Shown here: piece after piece, positions 1 through 8,280 of the stretch
Layout: each line of letters begins with the position of its first letter
Position numbering within the stretch: the first letter of the stretch is position 1
Source: Actinomycetota bacterium
GTDB taxonomy: Bacteria > Actinomycetota > Thermoleophilia > Gaiellales > Gaiellaceae
Reading direction: 5' to 3'
Length of the DNA stretch: 64,000 nt
NCBI GenBank assembly: GCA_046734415.1
Contig: JBKPRD010000059.1
Coordinates: 3,595 to 67,594 of the forward strand
Program-made: the position numbers and the translations under genes
Notes under the pieces: generated by a model
What the model saw: only the letters and a program-made list of their open reading frames with translations
What the model was told of the DNA's origin: nothing
Databases searched by the model: none

Positions 1-709
1 GCCGCGGCAGGAAGAGCCGCAACGCCGTCGCTTGGATCTCGTCCAGGCGCGAGTTGTAGCCGACGAGCTCGAAGTCGACCTTGTCACGCGAGCCGTGGAA
101 CCGGAGCAGCCGGATGCGCTCGGCGAGCTCCTCGTCTGTCGCGGCGATGAGCCCGCCGTCGCCGAGCGCGAACAGGTTCTTCGTCGGGAAGAAGCTGAAC
201 GTCGAGACGGCGCCGACGGTTGCGACGCCGTCCGCGCCGAACGCCTGTGCAGCGTCCTCGACGATCGGCAGCCCGAGCCCGGCGAGCTCGGCGAGCGGCG
301 CCGGCCGACCGAAGAGGTGGACCGGCACGATCGCCTTGGTCCGCGGCGTGATCCGCGCGGCGACCTCGTCTGGATCGAGGTTCATCGTCACCGGATCGAT
401 GTCGGCGAAGACCGGGGTCGCGCCGCGCCGAACGATCGACTCCGGTGTCGCGTAGAAAGTGAACGAGGGGCAGATCACCTCGTCGCCCGGCCCGATCCCC
501 ATAGCGTCGAGCGCGACCACGAGCGCATCGGTCCCGTTGGCGACGCCGATCGTGGCGGGGACGCCGAGGTAGGCGGCCGCCTCCTCCTCGAAGGCGGCGA
601 CGTTGGGGCCGAGGATGAAGCGCCCGGACTCGACGACCTCGGCGATGCGCTCCTTCAGCTCAGGGATCAACGGCGCGTACTGCGCCTTGACGTCAACCAG
701 CGGGATCAT
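1..709 (-). CDS. DegT/DnrJ/EryC1/StrS-family PLP-dependent sugar aminotransferase (N-terminal ~236 aa; 3' end runs off the window)
   Basis: Not in the ORF track because there is no stop in the window. My reverse-strand translation from ATG 709-707 reads MIPLVDVKAQYAPLIPELKERIAEVVESGRFILGPNVAAFEEEAAAYLGVPATIGVANGTDALVVAL...FFPTKNLFALGDGG, the typical N-terminal half of this family. The + ORF 32..784 is its antisense shadow. Confidence 0.8.
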   Translation of the reverse strand, partial: MIPLVDVKAQYAPLIPELKERIAEVVESGRFILGPNVAAFEEEAAAYLGVPATIGVANGTDALVVALDAMGIGPGDEVICPSFTFYATPESIVRRGATPVFADIDPVTMNLDPDEVAARITPRTKAIVPVHLFGRPAPLAELAGLGLPIVEDAAQAFGADGVATVGAVSTFSFFPTKNLFALGDGGLIAATDEELAERIRLLRFHGSRDKVDFELVGYNSRLDEIQATALRLFLPR

Positions 710-1367
710 CGGCACGGCGGGCGGATCTCCCCCAGACCAGGTGGAACAGCAGCCAGGCCGCGGCTACGGCGACCACGGCGATGACAGCGTAATCGACCCA
801 GCGGAACTCCTCGTGTACGCGGCGGTAGCCGGTTCCGACACCCCAGCCTGCACCCGCCCACGCGAAGCACCAGATCGCCGAGCCGACGAGCGTCAGCACC
901 GTGTACCGGCGGAACGGCGCGCGGAAGACGCCGGCCGGGATCGAGATGAAGGAGCGGACGACCGGCGTCACCCGGCCGAAGAAGACCGCCCAGTCACCGC
1001 GGCGCTCGAACCACGCCACGGCGCGGTCGAGGCGCTCGGGCGAGAGATGCAACCAGCGGCCGTGTCGCTCGAGCAGCGGCCGGCCGCCGTAGGCGCCGAC
1101 GCCCCAGCCGATCAGCGAGCCGACGAGGTAGCCGATCGTGCCGGCGAGCGAGACGGCGACGAACGCCCAGAACGGGGTGTCGATCTCGCGGCCGAAGAGG
1201 ACCACGTGCCCGCTGACCGCCCCCGCCGCGAGCGCTCCACCGTAGATCATCACGAGCTCGCTCGCCGCGGGGAACACCGCGTCGACGAGCATCAGCACGA
1301 AGACGGCGTAGAGCCCGTGGTTGCCGACGAACGACGTGACGCTGTGCGTGATCGAGCCGAGGACCAC
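693..1367 (-). CDS. dedA: DedA-family (SNARE-associated/VTT domain) integral membrane protein
   Basis: Track ORF of 224 aa. Multi-TM protein with the DedA-type core (...RHGRWLHLSPERLDRAVAWFERRGDWAVFFGRVTPVVRSFISIPAG...). GTG start. Confidence 0.85.
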   Translation of the reverse strand: MVLGSITHSVTSFVGNHGLYAVFVLMLVDAVFPAASELVMIYGGALAAGAVSGHVVLFGREIDTPFWAFVAVSLAGTIGYLVGSLIGWGVGAYGGRPLLERHGRWLHLSPERLDRAVAWFERRGDWAVFFGRVTPVVRSFISIPAGVFRAPFRRYTVLTLVGSAIWCFAWAGAGWGVGTGYRRVHEEFRWVDYAVIAVVAVAAAWLLFHLVWGRSARRADDPAG

Positions 1368-1379
1368 CGGCCGCCGAGA

Positions 1380-2423
1380 CTACAGGGACAGGCGAAGCCT
1401 GTCCCTGAGTCCAGGCCGTTCGGCGCGGCGGTAGTCGACCTCGTAGCCCATCCGTCGCGGGATCTCGAGCAGGCGTTCGAGGTCGAGGTCGATGCGGGCG
1501 CCCGCCTTCTGCGTCACCTCGTCCTCGATCGGCAGATCGAAGTCGTCGGCGCCGTAGTCGAGGGCACGGAAGGCGTCCTCGTTCTGGGTCAGCACCGAGG
1601 TGCGGACGTGCTTGACGTTGTCGAGGAAGATCCGTGACAGCGCGATCCACCGGCGGTACTCCTCGCCGGATATCTCCGTCCCACCGAGGGCGGTGCCGTA
1701 CGGCTTGTACGTCCAGCACAGGTACGAGAACAACCCGTTTGTCTCGTCCTGGAAGTCGCGCGTGCGCTGGAGATGCTCGAGCCGCTCGTCGAGCGTCTCG
1801 TCGAAGCCGATCACCATCGTCGCGGTCGTCTTCATCCCGCTCTCGACGATCGCGCGCTGTGCCTCGAAGTAGTCCGCCACGGTGTACTTCCACTTGGCGT
1901 GCCGGCGGCGGAAGTCCTCCGTCAGGATCTCGCTGCCGCCGCCGGTGACCCAGTGCACGCCCGCGTAGCGCAGCCGCGACGCCGCATCCGCGTAGGAGAG
2001 ACCGGCACGGTCGGCGAGGAACACGAACTCGGCGACGGTGAGCGCGTAGAACTCGACGCGGTCGCCGTAGCGCTCCCGGACAGACGCGAACAGGTCGCAG
2101 TAGTAGTCGAGCGGCAGCTTCGGGTTGAAGCCGCCGTTGAAGCCGACGAGGTCTCCACCCAGCTCGACGAGCTCGTCGATCTTCGCGAACACGTCGTCGC
2201 GCGAAAGGACGTAGCCCCCGCTCTGGTTCGGCAGCACGTAGAACGCGCAGTAGTCACATTGGGCAACGCACACGTTCGTGTAGTTGACGATCCGCATCAC
2301 CATGTAGGTCGCGCGCCGCGGGTCGTGCCAGCGGGCGCGCACTTCCGACGCGCGGCGCCGCAGCTCCTCGTCGTCCCCGCGGAGCCAGAGCTCCCGCGCC
2401 TCCTCCACCGACACGCGGTTCAT
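1380..2423 (-). CDS. COG1060-type radical SAM enzyme of the futalosine pathway (MqnE aminofutalosine synthase or MqnC; MqnE favoured by adjacency to mqnA)
   Basis: In-frame ATG at 2423 inside track ORF 1380..3920 gives 347 aa (MNRVSVEEAREL...). Canonical CX3CX2C triad in NYTNVCVAQCDYCAF, and a ThiH/CofH/Mqn-like layout (..MKTTATMVIGFDETLDERLEHLQRTRDFQDETNG..). ATGA overlap with the upstream ORF. Confidence 0.85.
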   Translation of the reverse strand: MNRVSVEEARELWLRGDDEELRRRASEVRARWHDPRRATYMVMRIVNYTNVCVAQCDYCAFYVLPNQSGGYVLSRDDVFAKIDELVELGGDLVGFNGGFNPKLPLDYYCDLFASVRERYGDRVEFYALTVAEFVFLADRAGLSYADAASRLRYAGVHWVTGGGSEILTEDFRRRHAKWKYTVADYFEAQRAIVESGMKTTATMVIGFDETLDERLEHLQRTRDFQDETNGLFSYLCWTYKPYGTALGGTEISGEEYRRWIALSRIFLDNVKHVRTSVLTQNEDAFRALDYGADDFDLPIEDEVTQKAGARIDLDLERLLEIPRRMGYEVDYRRAERPGLRDRLRLSL

Positions 2424-3715
2424 GCCACCACCGCCGCAGGCTCGAGCACGTCCATGAACGAGCTGACCGAGAAGACGGCGTTTCCCGCCCCCGCCTTGCC
2501 GTAGCCCGGCGGAGGCTGCAGGCCGTGCCGTTCGACCGCGTCGCGGTACGCCTCGAGCAGCCGCACGTGGTACTCGAGCGGCGCCCCCCCCGGGTTGTCG
2601 CGCCCGAGGGGCGTCGTCGGCTCGGGGCACCAGGTCGTGAACCGCGGCGTGATCCCGCGCGACATGAAGAAATCGAGACCATCGACCGTGCTCGCGATCG
2701 CCTCGTCGACCGTCTCGAACCCGAACGGCTTCGCCATCTCCACGCCGGCGACGAAGTTGGGGATGACGTGCCGCGGCCCGAAGACCTCGGCCGCGTCGAG
2801 GATCCGCCGGTGCCACTCCTCCCGGCCGACGTAGCGCTGCTTCCCGGGGCAGATGATCGAGAAGAGCCGGGCGTCCCAGACCTCGTAGTTCGGGTGGTAG
2901 ATCTGAATGCCGTACCCGCGGTACCGCTCGACCTCCGCGCGGGGCAGCGCCTGCGCGACGACCTTGCCGATCCAGCGGCCGGGGAAGCGCTCCTCGATCG
3001 CCTGCGCGTACCGCCCGTAGAAGTCCGCCTCCTCGAGCCCGTCCACCTTCGAGGTCACGGAGCCGCCGGTCAACGTGTACGCGTGCGAGGCACCGTCGTC
3101 GTGCTCGGCGATGATCGCGAGCGCCTCGAGCACGTCCTCGACCGGCTTGATCCCCGTGTACGGGCGACCGGCCTTCCGGTGCTGGCGCCAGTTGTGGTTG
3201 ATATCGCAGAAGCGACACTCCTCCTTCGCGCCGAAGTACTGGCAGAGGCGCAGCACCGTGAGATAGATCAGGTACCCCCACTGGATGGTCGGAGCTGTCT
3301 CCATGACCGTCTTGCCATTGGCGAGGGTGTGCCGGTAGTACGCGGGCATCGGCGGGAGCTCGACCTCGGCGACAGCACGGCCGTCGAGCAGCAGGCGCCG
3401 CCCTTCGACTCTGTACGGCGAGGCCGGGTTGACCCGCACCGAGACGATCGTGCGCCGTAATCCCCACGGCCCGCCGGTCAGAGCGAGCTCCTCGGGTGGC
3501 CGGCGGACCGCAGCCTCCCCGAGCTGCGCGAGCGGCTGCTGGTCGAACGAGAAGATGAAGTAGGACTTCGGCTTGACGGCGCCGTCGAGGTTGTCCGAGA
3601 GGGCCGAGGGCGCGAAGGCGACCCCGGTCCGGAGCAGGTCCTCCTTCAGCACTGCCTCCGACGGCACGCTCGGAAACCGCCCGACCAGCGACTCGACGAG
3701 GGCCGTGCGACTCAC
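2420..3715 (-). CDS. Uncharacterised radical-SAM-like protein with a non-canonical CX8CX2C cysteine triad
   Basis: Track ORF of 431 aa, GTG start. The only clustered Cys motif is LRLCQYFGAKEECRFCDINHNW, followed by AYTLTGGS (GGE-like SAM motif position). GTGA overlap with the mqnA stop and ATGA overlap with the next gene's start. Confidence 0.7.
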   Translation of the reverse strand: MSRTALVESLVGRFPSVPSEAVLKEDLLRTGVAFAPSALSDNLDGAVKPKSYFIFSFDQQPLAQLGEAAVRRPPEELALTGGPWGLRRTIVSVRVNPASPYRVEGRRLLLDGRAVAEVELPPMPAYYRHTLANGKTVMETAPTIQWGYLIYLTVLRLCQYFGAKEECRFCDINHNWRQHRKAGRPYTGIKPVEDVLEALAIIAEHDDGASHAYTLTGGSVTSKVDGLEEADFYGRYAQAIEERFPGRWIGKVVAQALPRAEVERYRGYGIQIYHPNYEVWDARLFSIICPGKQRYVGREEWHRRILDAAEVFGPRHVIPNFVAGVEMAKPFGFETVDEAIASTVDGLDFFMSRGITPRFTTWCPEPTTPLGRDNPGGAPLEYHVRLLEAYRDAVERHGLQPPPGYGKAGAGNAVFSVSSFMDVLEPAAVVA

Positions 3716-4476
3716 GCGACCACGGCCTCGTGCACGAACCGCAGCTCCGGCACCTCCTCGAGCTCGCCGACGTCGCGGGCCATCTCCAGGAAGGTGAACA
3801 GCCCTGCGCGCTCGCGGGGCCCGAACCGGTAGCGGAGCTTCTCGAAGTAGCGGGCGAGGAAGCCCGCGGGATATCCGTACCGCTCGCTCGCCTCGTGCGC
3901 GAGCTGCTCCGGCTCGGCACGAGCTCGCCGGACGGACGCGACGAGCGCCTCCTCCAGCTCGACGAGGCCGGCCGGCGGCGGATCAGGCGTCGCCCAGACG
4001 GCGAACACCATCGGCAGCCCGGTTCGCTCCAGCCAGAGGCGGCCGAGGTCGTAGTGCGGGGTCGGGTCCTCGAACGCGCTCTTCAGCGCGGCGTCGCCGA
4101 TCAGGAGCCTTGCATCCGCCTCCTCCCCGAGTGGAACGTGCTCCGCCTCCGGGATCAGCACCTTCGTCAGGACGACGGAGGTCGCGCTCTCGGGCGTGAC
4201 GGCGACGCGGCGCACCTGCTCGAGCGGCCGCTTCGAGACGAGCTGGATCGAGTCGACCGCCCCCTCCGACCCGACGCACAGCCGTGGCAGCAGCCGGAGC
4301 CGCTCGGCGTTCCGGGCCCACTCGATCGAGGAGATCGGCGCCAGGTCGAGCTCCCCGCCGACGAGGCGGGCATTGAGCTCGGTCGGAACGCCGTTCACCT
4401 CCTCGACGCGGGCATCGAGCCGGTAGAAGACCGGCGCCATGTTCACGTACGAGATGCGGCCGAGGCGCAGCATCAT
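3712..4476 (-). CDS. mqnA: Chorismate dehydratase MqnA (futalosine pathway, VitK2_biosynth/periplasmic-binding-like fold)
   Basis: Internal ATG (residue 123 of track ORF 3712..4842) gives 254 aa: MMLRLGRISYVNMAPVFYRLD...LDLAPISSIEW...PMVFAVWA. The ISY(L/V)N..P N-terminus is MqnA-like, not the SPCPND of MqnD. ATGA overlap with the upstream polyprenyl synthase stop. Confidence 0.85.
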   Translation of the reverse strand: MMLRLGRISYVNMAPVFYRLDARVEEVNGVPTELNARLVGGELDLAPISSIEWARNAERLRLLPRLCVGSEGAVDSIQLVSKRPLEQVRRVAVTPESATSVVLTKVLIPEAEHVPLGEEADARLLIGDAALKSAFEDPTPHYDLGRLWLERTGLPMVFAVWATPDPPPAGLVELEEALVASVRRARAEPEQLAHEASERYGYPAGFLARYFEKLRYRFGPRERAGLFTFLEMARDVGELEEVPELRFVHEAVVA

Positions 4477-5375
4477 GACTCCCGCTTGACGACGAGGTGC
4501 GTGAGCGTCTCGAGCTCCTCGCGGTGGATGCCGTCCAGGCACGCCCTCGCCCGCAGTGCGTACTCGAGCGCGACCTCGCGGGCCGATTCGAGCGCGCCGG
4601 TCGCTGCGACGCGGACGAGCGCTCCCTCGAGCGGGCCGCCGGCGAGCGCCTCCCGGACGACGGCGTCCTTGCGCGCAGCTAGGAGCAGGGGGAGCGTCGG
4701 CGTCCCCTCGCGGAGGTCCACGCCGGCGACCTTGCCGGTCTCGATCGTGTCGCCGGAGCAGTCGAGGATGTCGTCGGTGATCTGGAAGGCGATCCCGAGC
4801 GCGAGCCCGAACGGTCCCAGGTCGGGGCTGCCGAGCGTGCACGCGGCCTCGAACAGCTTTGCGGTCTTCAGCGCACAGCGCTCGAGATACGCCTCGACCG
4901 TCGTGTCGGGATCGTGCGACTGGCGGCGCTGCATTGCCTCGCCGCGTGCGAGGCAGAGGGCGGCGTCGGCGAGCAGCGCAACCGCGTGCGCATCGCCGGT
5001 CGCGGCCAGCTCCGCGAACGCACGCGCGAACAGGTAGTCACCCGTCGCCCGCGCCGCGTCCAGGCCGTAGGCGGACCACGCCGAGGCGCGCCCGCGCCGA
5101 AACTCGGCGCCGTCGATCAGGTCGTCGTGGACGAGCGTCGCCATGTGGACGAGCTCGACCGCCGCCCCGGCGGCGACGGACGGCGCCTCCCCCGGTGGCG
5201 TCGCGAAGAAGACGAGCAGCGGCCGCAGGCGCTTGCCCCCGGCGCTGAGCGCGTCGCCGGAGACGGCCGCGACCAGGCCGGGGTGCGTCCGAACGGTCTG
5301 CTCGAGGCGTTCCTCGAGCTCCTCGAGGTAGTCGTGGAGGCCCGGGCTCTCCTGGATCGCCGCCAGAGCGGTCAT
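4473..5375 (-). CDS. Polyprenyl diphosphate synthase (long-chain trans-prenyltransferase for the menaquinone side chain)
   Basis: Track ORF of 300 aa. First DDxxD in MATLVHDDLID and second in FQITDDILD, with the typical GKxxGxDLxEGKxT-like segment (GKVAGVDLREGTPT). Confidence 0.9.
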   Translation of the reverse strand: MTALAAIQESPGLHDYLEELEERLEQTVRTHPGLVAAVSGDALSAGGKRLRPLLVFFATPPGEAPSVAAGAAVELVHMATLVHDDLIDGAEFRRGRASAWSAYGLDAARATGDYLFARAFAELAATGDAHAVALLADAALCLARGEAMQRRQSHDPDTTVEAYLERCALKTAKLFEAACTLGSPDLGPFGLALGIAFQITDDILDCSGDTIETGKVAGVDLREGTPTLPLLLAARKDAVVREALAGGPLEGALVRVAATGALESAREVALEYALRARACLDGIHREELETLTHLVVKRES

Positions 5376-6052
5376 CGCCTCGTCCCGGTGTGCAGCGCGA
5401 CGATCCCGCCCGCGAACGTCCGGTACTCGACCCCATCGAACCCCGCGCGGGCGATCAGGTCGGCGAGGTCCTGCGGGCCGGGGAAGCGGCGAACGCTGGC
5501 GGGCAGGTACGAGTAGGCAGCGCCGCCTTTGAGCAGCTTCCCGAGCAGCGGCACGATCCGGTCGAACCAGAGCCGGTAGAACGGCGCCAGGAAGCCCGTC
5601 GGCGTGGTGATCTCGAGGATGCCCAGACGCCCGCCCGCAACGACCACCCGTGCGAGCTCCTCCAGCCCGCGCTCGAGATCGGCGACGTTGCGAACGCCGA
5701 ACCCGACGGTCGCCACCTCGAACGAGCCGTCGGCGAACGGCAGCTGGAGCATGTCGCCCTCGACCCAGGTGATCGCGCTCGACTTGCGGCGCGCCCGCTC
5801 GAGCATCTGCGGCGAGAAGTCGAGCCCCGTCACCTCCTCGGCACCCGCCCGCAGGTCGGCGACGGCGAGGTCGCCCGTGCCGCTGCAGGCGTCGAGGACC
5901 CGGTCGCCCGGGCGCACGACCGCTTCCGCGGTCAGGCGCCGCCAGCGCAGGTCGAGGCCGGCGGTCATCACCCGGTTCATCACGTCGTAGACCGGCGCGA
6001 TCCGATCGAACATCGTCCGGACCTCGTTGGCCGGCAGCGTGCCTGCCGTCAC
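5372..6052 (-). CDS. ubiE: Demethylmenaquinone methyltransferase (UbiE/MenG family)
   Basis: Track ORF of 226 aa. N-terminal VRTMFDRIAPVYDVMNRVMTAGLDLRWRR signature and SAM motif VLDACSGTGD. Confidence 0.9.
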   Translation of the reverse strand: MTAGTLPANEVRTMFDRIAPVYDVMNRVMTAGLDLRWRRLTAEAVVRPGDRVLDACSGTGDLAVADLRAGAEEVTGLDFSPQMLERARRKSSAITWVEGDMLQLPFADGSFEVATVGFGVRNVADLERGLEELARVVVAGGRLGILEITTPTGFLAPFYRLWFDRIVPLLGKLLKGGAAYSYLPASVRRFPGPQDLADLIARAGFDGVEYRTFAGGIVALHTGTRR

Positions 6053-6054
6053 TG

Positions 6055-6651
6055 CTACTCCGCTCCCCAGCGCCTGATCAGCGCGTTCTCGAGGCCGATC
6101 TGGTCAAGGGCCCGCGCGACGATGAAGTCGACGAGATCCTCGACGTTCTCGGCGCCGTGGTAGAAGCCCGGCGCCAGGAAGAGCACGGTGGCGCCGGCAC
6201 GGCGCACCGTGAGCATGTTCTCGAGATGGATCGTCGAGAGCGGCGTCTCGCGCGGCATCAGAACCAGCTTCCGGTCTTCCTTCAGCGCCACCGACGCCGC
6301 GCGATGGATCAGGTTCGACATCGCCCCCGACGCGATCGTCCCGAGCGTTCCCATCGAACACGGGCAGACCATATAGGCGTCGACCTTCGCGGAGCCGCTC
6401 GCGTACGGGGCGCGCCAGTCCTGCGGGTCGTGCACTGTCACCTCGCCACGAGCGTGCTCGGTGAAGCGCGCGAGCGTCTCGTCGCGGGAGAGGCGGGCGT
6501 CGCCGTAGAGCTCGGTCGCGATCACCTCGAGCCCGGCCGCGGAGGCGCAGACGCCGACTTCGCAGTCGGCCTCGGTCAACGCTTCGAGGATGCGGGCAGC
6601 GTACGGGGCGCCGGACGCGCCAGTTATGCCGAGAAAAACTCGCACGGGCAC
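6055..6651 (-). CDS. ubiX: UbiX-family flavin prenyltransferase (prenyl-FMN supplier for the UbiD-type decarboxylase)
   Basis: Track ORF of 198 aa: ITGASGAPYA...MVCPCSMGTLG...RKLVLMPRETP, typical UbiX/Pad1. Confidence 0.9.
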   Translation of the reverse strand: MPVRVFLGITGASGAPYAARILEALTEADCEVGVCASAAGLEVIATELYGDARLSRDETLARFTEHARGEVTVHDPQDWRAPYASGSAKVDAYMVCPCSMGTLGTIASGAMSNLIHRAASVALKEDRKLVLMPRETPLSTIHLENMLTVRRAGATVLFLAPGFYHGAENVEDLVDFIVARALDQIGLENALIRRWGAE

Positions 6652-6658
6652 ATCATGG

Positions 6659-7495
6659 CTACTTGCCGCCCTTCGAGGCCTCGAGGAAGATCGCGATCTT
6701 GCGGAGATTCTCGTCGCCGAGCGAGGCGAACGAGGGCATCGGCGATCCCGGGGTGACGCACGACGGGCACTTCAGATGCGCGACCTGGAACTGGACGCCC
6801 TTGTTCTTCGCGCCCTCGGCGCTCAGATCCGGGGCGCCGAGGTTGGACGAGCCCGTGCCGAGATAGGTGTGGCAGGTCAGGCAGCCCGATTCGGCGAAGA
6901 GGTTCGCACCCGGGATCGCGGCCGGTGGCAGGTTGTTCTTCTTGACCCAGGTCGGAACGGCGGCCTTCGTCTCGCTCGCGAGCGCCTCCTTCGCGGTCGC
7001 GCCCTTGTAGGTCAGCGTCCCCATCGCGATCACTGTCAGAATCGTGATCACGACCGCCACGGGGCGCCGGGACAGCCGCCGCTCCTGCCGCGTGTCCAGG
7101 AACGGCAGCGCGAGCAGCAGGACGATGATGATCGTCGGGATCCCGACCGTTCCGAGGATCACCGAGTCCGGCCACTTGAAGATCCGGAGCAGGTAGAAGA
7201 GGAAGTAGAAGTACCAGTCCGGCCGAGGCACGAAGCTCGTCGTCCCGGGGTCGGCCCTGTCGGTGTAGAGCGGTCCGAGCCACCCCGCCTCCGTGCCCGT
7301 GTGGTCGCCGGGAATCGTCCACTTCCAGATGCACGCGAGCGCGATGATCACGCACACGACGACGAGGCTCATGACCGTGTCGTGGAACATCGCGTAGGGG
7401 TAGAACGGCTTCCCCTTCTTCTTGACGTCCTCCTTGTAGCGCGCGAACTCGGCGCGCCGCGCGCGTAGGCTCGCGCTCGGGTTCTTGATCGTCAC
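6659..7495 (-). CDS. qcrC: Menaquinol:cytochrome c reductase subunit IV / cytochrome c fusion (QcrC-like)
   Basis: Track ORF of 278 aa. The N-terminal half resembles the cytochrome b C-terminal part/subunit IV (PRPDWYFYFLFYLLR, i.e. PEWY-type motif, 3 TM). The C-terminal half is a c-type haem domain (CLTCH, distal PMPSF). Confidence 0.8.
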   Translation of the reverse strand: MTIKNPSASLRARRAEFARYKEDVKKKGKPFYPYAMFHDTVMSLVVVCVIIALACIWKWTIPGDHTGTEAGWLGPLYTDRADPGTTSFVPRPDWYFYFLFYLLRIFKWPDSVILGTVGIPTIIIVLLLALPFLDTRQERRLSRRPVAVVITILTVIAMGTLTYKGATAKEALASETKAAVPTWVKKNNLPPAAIPGANLFAESGCLTCHTYLGTGSSNLGAPDLSAEGAKNKGVQFQVAHLKCPSCVTPGSPMPSFASLGDENLRKIAIFLEASKGGK

Positions 7496-8280
7496 GGCGT
7501 CGGCCGCCCTCGCATCGTCGGCGTGATCAGCCCGGAGCGCGCCGGCCGCGACGGCTCGGGCTCTACGTGCTCGCTACCGGCGGCCTCCTTCGACCACGGC
7601 GGAGAGGTGACCCCGAGCCTGACCACGAGGTACAGGTGCAGGCCGATCAGGGCGAAGATCGCTCCGGGCGCAATCAGCATGTGCAGCGAGTAGAACCGCG
7701 CCAGCGAGTCGGAACCGATCGCCGGGCCTCCCTGGAGGATCTGGGCGAGGATCGTCCCGACGAACGGCCCGTTCGCGGTGATGTTCATCCCGACCACGGT
7801 CGCCCAGTACGCCGTCTGGTCGTAGGGGAGCAGGTAGCCCGTGAAGCCCTCGAACATCCCGAGGATCAGCAGGAAGACGCCGACGATCCAGTTCAGCTCG
7901 CGCGGGTACTTGTAGGCGCCGTACAGAAACACCCGCGCCATGTGGAAGAAGAGCAGGATGATGAAGACGCTCGCGCCCCAGCGGTGCATGCCGCGGACGA
8001 GCCAGCCGAAGTCGACGTCGTTCGTGATGTGCTGGACAGAGGCGTACGCCTCGTCCGTGCTCGGCTTGTAGTACATCGCCAGGATCACACCGGTGATCGC
8101 CTGGACGAGGAAGGCGGTCAGCGTCGCCGACCCGAGCGTTTGCGCCCAGCCGGTGTCGCTGGGAACCTTGCGGAAGAGGAAGTAGCGGACGCCGCCGACG
8201 ATGCCCGACCGCTCCTCGAGCCAGTCGAGCGGATAGAGGACGGTCGCGACGATCTGCTGGCGGCGCTCCGAGGTGGCCAT
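7492..8280 (-). CDS. qcrB: Cytochrome b6-type (short, 4-helix) cytochrome b of the bc complex
   Basis: ATG at 8280 inside track ORF 7492..9147 gives 262 aa (MATSERRQQIV...). Bis-His haem ligands lie in GMHRWGASVFIILLFFHMARVF and FYSLHMLIAPGAIFALIGLHLYL. Overlaps qcrA (TGATG) and qcrC (4 nt). Confidence 0.85.
   Translation of the reverse strand: MATSERRQQIVATVLYPLDWLEERSGIVGGVRYFLFRKVPSDTGWAQTLGSATLTAFLVQAITGVILAMYYKPSTDEAYASVQHITNDVDFGWLVRGMHRWGASVFIILLFFHMARVFLYGAYKYPRELNWIVGVFLLILGMFEGFTGYLLPYDQTAYWATVVGMNITANGPFVGTILAQILQGGPAIGSDSLARFYSLHMLIAPGAIFALIGLHLYLVVRLGVTSPPWSKEAAGSEHVEPEPSRPARSGLITPTMRGRPTP

Noticed and set aside
32-784. 250-aa plus-strand ORF at the window start (plus dozens of similar Arg/Asp/Glu/Pro-rich ORFs, e.g. 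9449..11023, 11486..13435, 15748..17310, 26616..28937, 48796..50529)
   Set aside because: They are antisense or out-of-frame shadows of well-supported genes. They have low-complexity composition and no motifs, and the opposite strand encodes clear family members.
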